The translations under genes and the position numbers were made by a program. From Shigella phage SP21535, in sequence record PQ615101: a DNA stretch of 64,000 nucleotides; one strand, 5' to 3'. The notes beneath the pieces are model-generated. The model was not told where the DNA came from. It saw only the letters and a program-made list of their open reading frames with translations, and did no database searches. Below, in pieces: positions 39,804-48,570 of this stretch; position 1 is the stretch's first letter; each line of letters starts with the position of its first letter.

Positions 39804-39820
39804 TCACATTAAGGAAAATT

Positions 39821-40015
39821 ATGTTAGGTTATCAAGCACGAGTAAAAGAAGAATACGATCAATTAATGCTCAAAATTAATGCACTGAGCAAATTTTTAGA
39901 AAGTGAAAAGTTTTCAACGGTTAATGCAGTTGAGCAAGAACTGTTGCTTTCGCAGTTTATCTCAATGAAATCTTATGCAGATTGTTTAGAGAAAAGAATT
40001 GCACAATTCAAATAA
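39821..40015 (+). CDS. hypothetical small protein
   Basis: 64-codon ORF with AAGGAAAA RBS. Confidence 0.45.
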   Translation: MLGYQARVKEEYDQLMLKINALSKFLESEKFSTVNAVEQELLLSQFISMKSYADCLEKRIAQFK

Positions 40016-40019
40016 AATA

Positions 40020-40042
40020 AAGGGCTTCGGCCCTTTTGTTTT
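40020..40042 (+). terminator. intrinsic terminator
   Basis: AAGGGC-TTCG-GCCCTT followed by TTTGTTTT. Confidence 0.65.
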
Positions 40043-40101
40043 AAGAGAAACTATGATTTATTATATGAATATCAGTGATTCCGACGTGAAAGGAAAGTTT
40101 A

Positions 40102-40659
40102 ATGCAGAAAACGAATCCGGGTTTACAGAGACTATTTCAGATTCCGACATTTACCCTATCGAACAGTGACTTGACTAGTGAAATGAAGGTCAAAATTGCT
40201 GATACAGCAAGATACTCTTTAAAACAAAATCCTAATCAGGATAAAGCAGAAGTCATCGAAAGATGCCGTATCGCTGTGTATGCAGAGTTTTTTGTAGCAG
40301 ATTGGCTGAGCGGGTATGTTAACAAAGGCCAAGAGGATGTTAATGATCCGTATACATACGCATGGGATGTATTGGCGCATCCAAGATATTGCGGGCTTCG
40401 TGTAGAAGTTAAGACACATCAAACTGACTCACGTTGGATTTCGGTAACAACCGGATGCAGCGGAGAGTATCCATATGGTTCTGGAATAAATCTAGGGCCC
40501 ATTCTAAATCATCAAGTCGCTGACTGTATAATTATATTCAACACTAAAGAAATTCATCCAGGTGTCATCCAGTACACTTCGAAGTTCATCGGTGACAGAG
40601 AAGACCTTCGTAAGGTTGTAAGAAAAAGCAACTACAACGGATGGTATCTTTCCATTTAA
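40102..40659 (+). CDS. denB: endonuclease IV-like protein (DenB position)
   Basis: 185 aa ORF after rIIB, matching position and length of T4 denB; not sequence-verified. Confidence 0.5.
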   Translation: MQKTNPGLQRLFQIPTFTLSNSDLTSEMKVKIADTARYSLKQNPNQDKAEVIERCRIAVYAEFFVADWLSGYVNKGQEDVNDPYTYAWDVLAHPRYCGLRVEVKTHQTDSRWISVTTGCSGEYPYGSGINLGPILNHQVADCIIIFNTKEIHPGVIQYTSKFIGDREDLRKVVRKSNYNGWYLSI

Positions 40660-40675
40660 AAAAAATCACAAAACA

Positions 40676-40705
40676 GTTTACATACCACAAGGACTGTGGT
40701 ACTAT
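40676..40705 (+). promoter_or_regulatory. T4-type early promoter in PeSL-like cassette
   Basis: GTTTAC, 18-bp spacer, TACTAT, then caactatcagctacggaggagtaaaaATG. Confidence 0.6.
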
Positions 40706-40732
40706 ACAACTATCAGCTACGGAGGAGTAAAA

Positions 40733-40996
40733 ATGAAATTTAAATTTTATTACGCTAAACATAAAATTACCGGTGAATTTATTGCATTTACGACTTCAAC
40801 TACAGGTGAAGGAGATATTTTTACTGCAGTATTTTTATCAAAATGGGAATCAGATCAACCTTACTTATCATCACGTGAAGATCTCCAACGATTAGTTAAT
40901 GGAGAATATAATGATTCATGGTCATATTTAGTCCATGATTGTGTTAAAAAGGCAATAAAACAAAAACACCTGGAAATCGTTGAGATTGAACTATGA
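40733..40996 (+). CDS. hypothetical protein
   Basis: 87-codon ORF. Confidence 0.45.
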   Translation: MKFKFYYAKHKITGEFIAFTTSTTGEGDIFTAVFLSKWESDQPYLSSREDLQRLVNGEYNDSWSYLVHDCVKKAIKQKHLEIVEIEL

Positions 40997-41181
40997 GTTC
41001 ACTGTGGTGGTGTTTTGTTTGGTTAATTAGTATTCCAGTAATTTGTTTAACATTTACTTTTGTGATGAGGTTATTATGAAAATTTTGAATTCTGTACTTA
41101 TTGCTTGTGCGTGGTGGGTTGTGCAAGTTTCAGCGGTAGTAGTTGGTATTCACATTTATTACGAATATTTTTAAAAAAGTT

Positions 41182-41211
41182 GTTTACAAGACTGTTCTTC
41201 CGTGGTACTAT
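41182..41211 (+). promoter_or_regulatory. T4-type early promoter in PeSL-like cassette
   Basis: aaaaagttGTTTAC, 18-bp spacer, TACTAT, then ccctatcaactacggaggaacagaaaATG. Confidence 0.6.
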
Positions 41212-41239
41212 TACCCTATCAACTACGGAGGAACAGAAA

Positions 41240-41353
41240 ATGAAAAAGATTGTTAAAGCTATATGGAATGTAGTTATAATACTAATAGTTTTGAGTATAT
41301 TCCCAATCGTTTTAATGATTGATGTATTAAACGTTTACTTTGGATTTATGTGA
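41240..41353 (+). CDS. small membrane peptide (37 aa)
   Basis: MKKIVKAIWNVVIILIVLSIFPIVLMIDVL...; driven by PeSL-like cassette. Confidence 0.35.
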   Translation: MKKIVKAIWNVVIILIVLSIFPIVLMIDVLNVYFGFM

Positions 41354-41360
41354 GGAAAAT

Positions 41361-41558
41361 ATGAAGCGTAAACGCAGTGCTTTTACATTTATTGAATGGT
41401 TTTTCGATAATATTTTTCCGGCTTTATTCATTTTCATGCTGATTTTTGCCTTAGGTTCAGTTGTAGTTGGAATCTATTTGATGACAGTAGTCGGAATTGA
41501 TATTCATCAAAATGGTTTAAAATCTGTGGTTGAAACAATTTGGAATGGTGTAAAATAA
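41361..41558 (+). CDS. small membrane protein (65 aa)
   Basis: Hydrophobic core FPALFIFMLIFALGSVVVGIYLMTVVGI. Confidence 0.4.
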   Translation: MKRKRSAFTFIEWFFDNIFPALFIFMLIFALGSVVVGIYLMTVVGIDIHQNGLKSVVETIWNGVK

Positions 41559-41661
41559 GCATTTGGTTTTATATTCTTATGTTTTACATTGGTGCAAATT
41601 TTCCATATTGGATGGGATGGTCAACAACTGCATTTGGATTTTATACTCCTTGAGGTGAATT

Positions 41662-41877
41662 ATGAAAAGTTTTAAAGATGTAAAAGTTGGTGAAATTTTT
41701 TGTTTAGATAACGGTGATCAGTTAATTCGTATTTCACCTCTTAAGAGCACTAGCGAGAAACCGACAGTTAACGCTACTTTAGCAAATAACAGTAATGAAC
41801 GTTTCTGTATTGAAAATGATACTGAAACTTATACCGTAGAAGAGTTCTGGGAATTGAGCGTCGACTGCGACGATTAA
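41662..41877 (+). CDS. hypothetical protein
   Basis: 71-codon ORF upstream of ndd. Confidence 0.45.
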   Translation: MKSFKDVKVGEIFCLDNGDQLIRISPLKSTSEKPTVNATLANNSNERFCIENDTETYTVEEFWELSVDCDD

Positions 41878-41937
41878 TTTAATGGCCGTGTGTATTCATG
41901 CGGTCTTGGAGTAGAAAATAATTTAGAGGAAATTAAT

Positions 41938-42396
41938 ATGAAATATATGACTGTTACTGATCTGAACAATGCAGGCGCTACTGTTATTGGTACAATCAAG
42001 GGTGGTGAATGGTTTTTAGGAACTCCGCATAAAGATATTTTATCTAAACCTGGATTTTACTTTTTAGTAAGTAAATTAGATGGTCGTCCATTTAGTAATC
42101 CATGTGTGTCTGCACGATTTTATGTAGGTAATCAGCGTTCTAAGCAAGGATTCAGTGCAGTTCTAAGTCATATTCGTCAACGTCGGTCTCAGCTTGCACG
42201 TACTATTGCAAATAACAATGTTCCATACACAGTATTTTATCTGCCTGCTTCTAAGATGAAACCTCTGACGACGGGATTTGGAAAAGGACAGTTAGCTTTA
42301 GCGTTTACTCGTAATCATCATTCTGAGTATCAAACACTTGAAGAAATGAACCGTATGTTGGCTGATAACTTTAAATTCGTTTTGCAGGCATATTAA
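41938..42396 (+). CDS. ndd: nucleoid disruption protein Ndd
   Basis: [26 protein letters not shown]... recognised as T4 Ndd; RBS AGAGGAAA. Confidence 0.8.
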
Positions 42397-42476
42397 TGAG
42401 TAATTTCCACAACGAACACGTGATGCAGTTCTATCGTAACAATCTTAAAACCAAAGGCGTCTTCGGACGCCAGTGA
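42396..42476 (+). CDS. stp: Stp peptide (26 aa)
   Basis: [26 protein letters not shown], matching T4 Stp as recalled; start overlaps ndd stop (TAATG). Confidence 0.6.
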
Positions 42477-42623
42477 GGAAACAAAATTATTAGGAGTTAT
42501 TTCATTTATTTGTTGGATAGTAGCATGTGTTTTAATTATCTGTATCGATTCTAGCAGTGTGTTTTCGCAAGCTTTAGCTCAGGGTATGTGTGCATATTTA
42601 ACATTTGTGTTGTTATCTACTAA

Positions 42624-42764
42624 TGATTAAGAAAATCTTGGGCTATTCATTAGCCCTTGCTATTTTATTGATAGCATTATATTACGGAATAATGTTCGGA
42701 TTAATTCAAGTCGTGCTTTTCATTTCTGATGTTATTATGGCACTACATTCACTAGTATGGTAAA
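42624..42764 (+). CDS. small hydrophobic peptide (46 aa), possible ac-like
   Basis: MIKKILGYSLALAILLIALYYGIMFGLIQVVLFI...; located between stp and 52. Confidence 0.3.
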
Positions 42765-42767
42765 TTT

Positions 42768-44096
42768 ATGCAACTGAATAATCGCGATTTAAAAAGTATC
42801 ATTGATAATGAAGCATTGGCTTATGCTATGTACACGGTTGAAAATCGTGCCATTCCAAATATGATTGATGGATTTAAGCCAGTTCAACGATTTGTTATTG
42901 CTCGAGCCCTTGATTTAGCACGAGGAAATAAAGATAAGTTTCACAAACTTGCTTCTATTGCAGGTGGTGTAGCTGATCTTGGATATCATCATGGCGAAAA
43001 CTCTGCACAAGATGCAGGTGCTTTGATGGCTAACACTTGGAATAATAACTTTCCTCTGTTAGATGGTCAAGGAAACTTCGGTTCTCGTACCGTTCAAAAA
43101 GCAGCAGCAAGTCGTTATATTTTTGCTCGTGTAAGTAAAAATTTCTATAACGTATATAAAGATACTGAATATGCTCCGGTACATCAAGATAAAGAACACA
43201 TTCCGCCTGCTTTCTATTTGCCTGTTATTCCTACTGTTCTTCTTAATGGTGTTTCCGGTATTGCAACTGGTTATGCAACTTACATTCTTCCTCATAGTGT
43301 TTCTTCTGTCAAGAAAGCTGTACTGCAAGCTCTTCAAGGAAAGAAAGTAACTAAACCGAAAGTAGAATTCCCAGAATTTCGTGGTGAAGTCGTTGAAATT
43401 GACGGTCAATATGAAATTCGTGGAACATACAAGTTTACTTCACGAACTCAAATGAATATCACTGAGATTCCGTATAAGTATGATCGTGAAACTTACGTGA
43501 GCAAAATTTTAGACCCGCTTGAAGATAAAGGCTTCATTACGTGGGATGATGCTTGCGGTGAGCATGGTTTTGGCTTCAAAGTTAAATTCCGTAAAGAATA
43601 CTCTTTGAGTGATAACGAAGAAGAACGCCATGCAAAAATTATGAAAGACTTCGGGTTGATTGAGCGTCGTTCACAGAATATTACAGTTATTAATGAGAAA
43701 GGAAAACTACAAGTTTACGATAACGTAGTTGATTTAATCAAAGACTTCGTTGAAGTTCGTAAAACTTATGTCCAAAAACGAATTGATAACAAAATCAAAG
43801 AAACTGAATCAGCATTTCGTTTAGCCTTTGCCAAGGCACATTTCATTAAGAAAGTAATTTCAGGTGAAATTGTTGTACAGGGTAAAACTCGTAAAGAACT
43901 GACCGAAGAACTTTCGAAAATCGACATGTATTCTTCTTATGTTGATAAACTAGTTGGAATGAACATTTTTCATATGACTTCCGACGAAGCAAAGAAACTT
44001 GCTGAAGAAGCTAAAGCCAAAAAAGAAGAAAACGAATATTGGAAAACTACTGATGTAGTTACAGAATACACCAAAGATTTAGAGGAAATCAAATGA
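42768..44096 (+). CDS. 52: DNA topoisomerase II medium subunit gp52 (GyrA-like)
   Basis: 442 aa; N-terminal NMIDGFKPVQRFVI... GyrA-type motif with catalytic region. Confidence 0.9.
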   Translation: MQLNNRDLKSIIDNEALAYAMYTVENRAIPNMIDGFKPVQRFVIARALDLARGNKDKFHKLASIAGGVADLGYHHGENSAQDAGALMANTWNNNFPLLDGQGNFGSRTVQKAAASRYIFARVSKNFYNVYKDTEYAPVHQDKEHIPPAFYLPVIPTVLLNGVSGIATGYATYILPHSVSSVKKAVLQALQGKKVTKPKVEFPEFRGEVVEIDGQYEIRGTYKFTSRTQMNITEIPYKYDRETYVSKILDPLEDKGFITWDDACGEHGFGFKVKFRKEYSLSDNEEERHAKIMKDFGLIERRSQNITVINEKGKLQVYDNVVDLIKDFVEVRKTYVQKRIDNKIKETESAFRLAFAKAHFIKKVISGEIVVQGKTRKELTEELSKIDMYSSYVDKLVGMNIFHMTSDEAKKLAEEAKAKKEENEYWKTTDVVTEYTKDLEEIK

Positions 44097-44242
44097 GTCC
44101 ATTCATTGGTATTACAAGCGCTGCATTAGTATCCGGTAGCATTTTACTGGCGGGTTTAGGTGTTGTTCCTGCCGTAGCAGGAGGTCTTCTTGCGTTCGGA
44201 ATTCAACGTGTTATCATGACAGTTATCACAGTCATGCAGTAA
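44093..44242 (+). CDS. small hydrophobic protein (49 aa)
   Basis: ATGA overlap with gene 52; Gly/Ala-rich TM segment. Confidence 0.35.
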   Translation: MSPFIGITSAALVSGSILLAGLGVVPAVAGGLLAFGIQRVIMTVITVMQ

Positions 44243-44248
44243 TTTTAG

Positions 44249-44266
44249 GGAGAGCCTCGGCTCTCC
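44249..44266 (+). other. RNA hairpin without U-tract
   Basis: GGAGAGC-CTCG-GCTCTCC, immediately upstream of PeSL-like leader for motA. Confidence 0.4.
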
Positions 44267-44327
44267 AAAGCATACTGTGGTACTATACAACTATCAACTA
44301 CTGATACAGAATTACGGAGATTAGAAA

Positions 44328-44963
44328 ATGTCTAAAGTAACTTACATCATCAAAGCTTCTAACGATGTTCTGAATGAAAAAACTGCTGCGATTTTAATTA
44401 CCATTGCTAAGAAAGATTTCATTACAGCTGCAGAAGTTCGTGAGGTGCATCCAGATTTAGGTAACGCAGTAGTTAATAGTAATATTGGGGTATTGATTAA
44501 AAAAGGCCTGGTGGAGAAATCTGGTGATGGATTAATCATTACTGGTGAAGCTCAGGATATTATTTCAAATGCAGCAACTTTATATGCGCAGGAAAATGCT
44601 CCTGAACTACTGAAAAAACGAGCAACTCGTAAAGCTCGCGAGATTACTTCTGATATGGAAGAAGATAAAGATTTCATGTTAAAACTTTTAGATGAAAATG
44701 GATTTGTTCTTAAAAAAGTTGAAACTTATCGTAGTAACTATCTCGCTATTTTAGAAAAACGCACTCACGGAATTCGCAATTTTGAAATTAACAACAATGG
44801 AAATATGCGAATTTTTGGATACAAAATGATGGAACATCATATTCAGAAATTTACTGATATTGGAATGTCATGTAAAATCGCTAAAAACGGTAATGTGTAT
44901 CTTGACATTAAACGCTCAGCAGAAAACATTGAAGCAGTAATCACCGTAGCATCTGAACTGTGA
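44328..44963 (+). CDS. motA: middle-transcription activator MotA
   Basis: 211 aa; MSKVTYIIKASNDVLNEKTAAILITIAKKDF... Confidence 0.9.
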   Translation: MSKVTYIIKASNDVLNEKTAAILITIAKKDFITAAEVREVHPDLGNAVVNSNIGVLIKKGLVEKSGDGLIITGEAQDIISNAATLYAQENAPELLKKRATRKAREITSDMEEDKDFMLKLLDENGFVLKKVETYRSNYLAILEKRTHGIRNFEINNNGNMRIFGYKMMEHHIQKFTDIGMSCKIAKNGNVYLDIKRSAENIEAVITVASEL

Positions 44964-44973
44964 GGAATAAATA

Positions 44974-45303
44974 ATGAACAAGTTAGAAATTGTTAATGAA
45001 CTTCGTCGTTGTGCAGAACCCACTCAAGAGGGGTGGGACATCTGGTACCATGGAGCTTATCTTGGAACTATCGTAAAGATTAAGACTGGTAAATATTTAA
45101 TTATCCGTGGTGGTTCTGAAGCCTCTATGGGAATTCGCAAGAACTTCATGGCAGCGATTAGTACCTTTGTTCAATCGGCTTACGAAATTTACCTTGCTGA
45201 TTATAAAGAATTCCAGGAATCTCAACCAGTTATTCGCTCAATTGGTGTTAATAAAGCTCAACAGAAAACTTTGTGGCAACGTATTAAAGGATGGTTTAAA
45301 TGA
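44974..45303 (+). CDS. hypothetical protein
   Basis: 109-codon ORF. Confidence 0.5.
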   Translation: MNKLEIVNELRRCAEPTQEGWDIWYHGAYLGTIVKIKTGKYLIIRGGSEASMGIRKNFMAAISTFVQSAYEIYLADYKEFQESQPVIRSIGVNKAQQKTLWQRIKGWFK

Positions 45304-45761
45304 ACCCATTTATTAATCGTTTAAAAATGCTGAATGTTCCTTTATCTCGTGAAACTCCAGAAAGTCTTGTTGAAAAATTTAAAGCACATGGTTATAAATG
45401 CACAGAAGAAGATATTCTTACAGAAGTTCCTGAAATCTGTTGGCAGACCGCGTACTGGGATGAAAACCAAAAGTATCAACGACGAATTGTTTGCGCAGCC
45501 AACCGTTTTAAATTAAAAGATGGACGAACTCTTGTTATTCCAGGTGCTCGTCATTATTCTAAAGATATGGCAGAAGTTTTAGATGTAGTTAAACCTCAAT
45601 TAGTTACTCAGCAAGTTTGTGATGATGACCAAGGGTTTATTGACCAATATAGTAATTATTGGACACGTGAAGAAGCAATGATTATTGCAACTTACGCTGG
45701 ACAAGTACGTATTGAACGTGGTGGTAGTGAAAAAGAACTTTACTCTGAGGACCTTTACTAA
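45300..45761 (+). CDS. hypothetical protein
   Basis: 153-codon ORF, coupled. Confidence 0.5.
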   Translation: MNPFINRLKMLNVPLSRETPESLVEKFKAHGYKCTEEDILTEVPEICWQTAYWDENQKYQRRIVCAANRFKLKDGRTLVIPGARHYSKDMAEVLDVVKPQLVTQQVCDDDQGFIDQYSNYWTREEAMIIATYAGQVRIERGGSEKELYSEDLY

Positions 45762-46057
45762 TGAATATTAAAAAGTTTCAAATTGATGGAATTAAGAATC
45801 AAATCCAGGCGTTGGAATATGCTAATAAAATGATGTCAACTAATTGGGGAATTTATGCCAATGAACCGGGATTTAAGTTCTGCGATATGGAATTCACTAA
45901 AAAGCTTGTAGGAAAAGATTATGTATGTCCATTTAGTTCTATAATAAATGACATGTTAAAACCCGCTTTACGCGATCTTTATATTGCGATGAACGAAGAA
46001 ATGATAAAAGAACTAAAACGTCAACTGAAGGTGATTCAATTTGGCCAGGGAAATTAA
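45761..46057 (+). CDS. hypothetical protein
   Basis: 98-codon ORF, coupled. Confidence 0.5.
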   Translation: MNIKKFQIDGIKNQIQALEYANKMMSTNWGIYANEPGFKFCDMEFTKKLVGKDYVCPFSSIINDMLKPALRDLYIAMNEEMIKELKRQLKVIQFGQGN

Positions 46058-46259
46058 TTCAAAATCCGATTATTTTAATTCTCTCAATGATAAAGATAAA
46101 AATCTAATACGGCATTTTATCGTTGAGATGGGATATACTGACACACGTGATTTAAGAGAACATATATTTGAATGTGGTGTAGCTAAAAAGTTTTCATTCA
46201 CATGCAAATGTTTAAGAGAGGTAATTCAGCACTATGAACAATTTAGTCGCAAAACATAA
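46041..46259 (+). CDS. hypothetical protein
   Basis: 72-codon ORF. Confidence 0.4.
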   Translation: MAREINSKSDYFNSLNDKDKNLIRHFIVEMGYTDTRDLREHIFECGVAKKFSFTCKCLREVIQHYEQFSRKT

Positions 46260-46342
46260 TTTTAATAAAGCTTCTGTTCATAAAGATAAGAAGAAAGCGT
46301 TTAAAGAATCTAATCGCAAACAGAAACATAAGGGGAAGGTCT

Positions 46343-46621
46343 ATGATTATTGATTCTCAATCTGTGGTTCAATACACAATCAAAATTGATATTCTAGAAA
46401 AGCTATATAAGTTTCTACCAAATTTATACCACTCAATTGTCAATGAATTAGTTGAAGAACTACATCTTGAAAATAATGATTTCTTGATTGGAACTTATAA
46501 AGATAACTCAAAGGCGGGATATTTTTACGTAATTCCAGCTCCAGGAAAAAGTATTGATGATGTATTAAAAACTATAATGATTTATGTCCATGATTACGAA
46601 ATTGAAGATTATTTCGAATGA
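46343..46621 (+). CDS. arn: Arn-like anti-restriction protein (McrBC inhibitor)
   Basis: 92-aa acidic ORF immediately upstream of asiA, matching position and length of T4 arn. Confidence 0.55.
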   Translation: MIIDSQSVVQYTIKIDILEKLYKFLPNLYHSIVNELVEELHLENNDFLIGTYKDNSKAGYFYVIPAPGKSIDDVLKTIMIYVHDYEIEDYFE

Positions 46622-46782
46622 GTCATAATCTTGAAAAGGTAATCGAGCATAATGTAGCTCAGGAACGCGAGTCGTTCAAGGAATTCGTAGAAAAAATTTT
46701 TGAAGAAAATACCACAGACCAGTTTACAAATCAAGCGTCTGATGATATTATAATAAAGTCAACTAATTGAGTGGTATAGTTA

Positions 46783-47055
46783 ATGAATAAAAACATTGAT
46801 ACAGTTCGTGAAATTATTACTGTTGCGTCTATTTTGATTAAATTTTCCAGAGAAGATATTGTTGAGAATCGTGCTAATTTTATTGCATTTCTGAATGAGA
46901 TTGGAGTAACACATGAAGGTAGAAAGTTGAATCAGAATTCATTCCGTAAAATTGTTTCTGAATTAACTCAAGAAGATAAGAAAACCCTCATCGACGAATT
47001 CAACGAGGGTTTTGAGGGTGTATATCGATATCTAGAGATGTATACGAACAAATAA
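46783..47055 (+). CDS. asiA: anti-sigma-70 factor AsiA
   Basis: 90 aa; MNKNIDTVREIITVASILIKFSREDIVENRANF... recognised as T4 AsiA. Confidence 0.9.
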   Translation: MNKNIDTVREIITVASILIKFSREDIVENRANFIAFLNEIGVTHEGRKLNQNSFRKIVSELTQEDKKTLIDEFNEGFEGVYRYLEMYTNK

Positions 47056-47712
47056 TTATTTAGCCCTTCCTAATATTCTGGCCGCCTGAGCACATATTGA
47101 TTCAAGGCGGTCATTACTTATATGATCATTTCTATACCAGTACATTGTTATTGTTCCAGCATAGATATTATCCAAATTGAAATATGGACAACTGTACATG
47201 TAATTTATTTCGGGAGTAGGCTTTTTGGTTGGTAAAAAAGCAAATTTTGAGTTGGAATAATAATGACGTCCATTTAAATGAACTGCATATTCATCCATAG
47301 TTTTATCAACAGGATATCCTCCAAGTGATTTTTCACTTATTGTTGAAGGTAATTTTCCTTCATATGCTATAATATCAACAAAATAGTTTAAGTTTTTAGG
47401 GCGGAAAGAATACACCGCACTAAAGTCTGCCTCAGATGATATATGAACTATCTGGAGTTGTTCCAGGGCGACAGATTCAAAGCGTGCATTTCTTTCCTTT
47501 TCAATAATTTCACTGTATGTTTCATACTTTGATTGCTTATAGTACTCAAAGAAACTATCTCCCCTATACCAAACAATCGCCATTATAAACAAAAGAATTA
47601 CGACAGCTACCCGGGAAGCAAGAACTTTCCCGGTAGCGTTATCTTTGAACAAGCGATCTAGAACACCAAACAGAATATCAGAGGGCGAAAATGATATTCT
47701 AGGTGCTGCCAT
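47056..47712 (-). CDS. t: holin T
   Basis: 218 aa; N-terminal TM segment VAVVILLFIMAIVWY and large periplasmic domain; RBS AAGGAGGG. Confidence 0.9.
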   Translation of the reverse strand: MAAPRISFSPSDILFGVLDRLFKDNATGKVLASRVAVVILLFIMAIVWYRGDSFFEYYKQSKYETYSEIIEKERNARFESVALEQLQIVHISSEADFSAVYSFRPKNLNYFVDIIAYEGKLPSTISEKSLGGYPVDKTMDEYAVHLNGRHYYSNSKFAFLPTKKPTPEINYMYSCPYFNLDNIYAGTITMYWYRNDHISNDRLESICAQAARILGRAK

Positions 47713-47729
47713 AGACCCTCCTTTTAAGG

Positions 47730-47737
47730 ATATTTAT
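47730..47737 (-). promoter_or_regulatory. candidate late promoter for t
   Basis: AATAAATA (7/8 match to TATAAATA) on minus strand upstream of t RBS. Confidence 0.4.
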
Positions 47738-47743
47738 TCAAAA

Positions 47744-48538
47744 TTATACTCTTGAACCATATATTGTACCAACTTTAGTCCAAGTTGGAGCATTACCAGT
47801 AACAGCTTTACCTGCTGCGCCAGGTGAGTTCGAATAGCCGCTCAATCTAACCGCATCCTTACCTCGTTCACCAACGTTACCGCCATCGCCGCCGTAGTAT
47901 CCAACGCCGGAATACATTTTTCCGCCTGCACCTGGAGATGTTAAAGATGCCGATGCGCCCGGGGCTGCTGCGCCATTATTGCCACCAGCTCCGAAAGGAC
48001 GTCCACCGCCACCGCCAGAAACATATTTACCTCCCCATCCATTATCAGTTGATTGGGCGCCACCACCGCCACCACCGCCAGCAATCGCTCCATTGTTAGT
48101 GATTCGTAGACGAGTACCTATACCATTGTTAATTGCAGTACCGCCAGCTTGGCCTGCCTGGTTTCCCGCTTGCGCGCCACGACCACCACGACCATATACT
48201 GTTACGCCACCATTTATAATAAGCGTTACATAAGCATTAGTTAATGAACTAGGAAAATCTAAGCAAGGTTGCCCAGCTGATGAAGAAACAATATTTCCTG
48301 TAATAGTAACAACAACAGGAGTACTACCTTGAGATTTGAGATAATTTATTAGCGTGTCTTTATTATATGAATTACTAGCGCCAATACTGTAATATACTTC
48401 TTTAGATTGCCCAGCCATTGAGCTCATCCAACCAGGAACTGAAACACGAACTGCTTTCATTGCAGCATCCATCCAGCGTTGTCCAGTTTCATTCACGGCA
48501 GATTCGCCAATCCAGCCAGGAACACCTACAATTGCCAT
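47744..48538 (-). CDS. 38: gp38 tail-fibre adhesin (glycine-rich, T2-type)
   Basis: 264 aa; conserved N-terminus then multiple poly-Gly runs (GGGGGGG, GGGGG) separated by variable segments; located after gene 37. Confidence 0.8.
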   Translation of the reverse strand: MAIVGVPGWIGESAVNETGQRWMDAAMKAVRVSVPGWMSSMAGQSKEVYYSIGASNSYNKDTLINYLKSQGSTPVVVTITGNIVSSSAGQPCLDFPSSLTNAYVTLIINGGVTVYGRGGRGAQAGNQAGQAGGTAINNGIGTRLRITNNGAIAGGGGGGGAQSTDNGWGGKYVSGGGGGRPFGAGGNNGAAAPGASASLTSPGAGGKMYSGVGYYGGDGGNVGERGKDAVRLSGYSNSPGAAGKAVTGNAPTWTKVGTIYGSRV

Positions 48539-48548
48539 TAAAAATCCT

Positions 48549-48570
48549 TAGAGGGCCGAAGCCCTCTTTT
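48549..48570 (-). other. UUCG-tetraloop hairpin between genes 37 and 38
   Basis: GAGGGC-TTCG-GCCCTC on the minus strand. Confidence 0.4.

Noticed and set aside
47979-48233. Proline-rich ORF on the + strand
   Set aside because: It is the antisense reading of the glycine-rich repeats of gp38 (GGN codons read as NCC proline); no start context.
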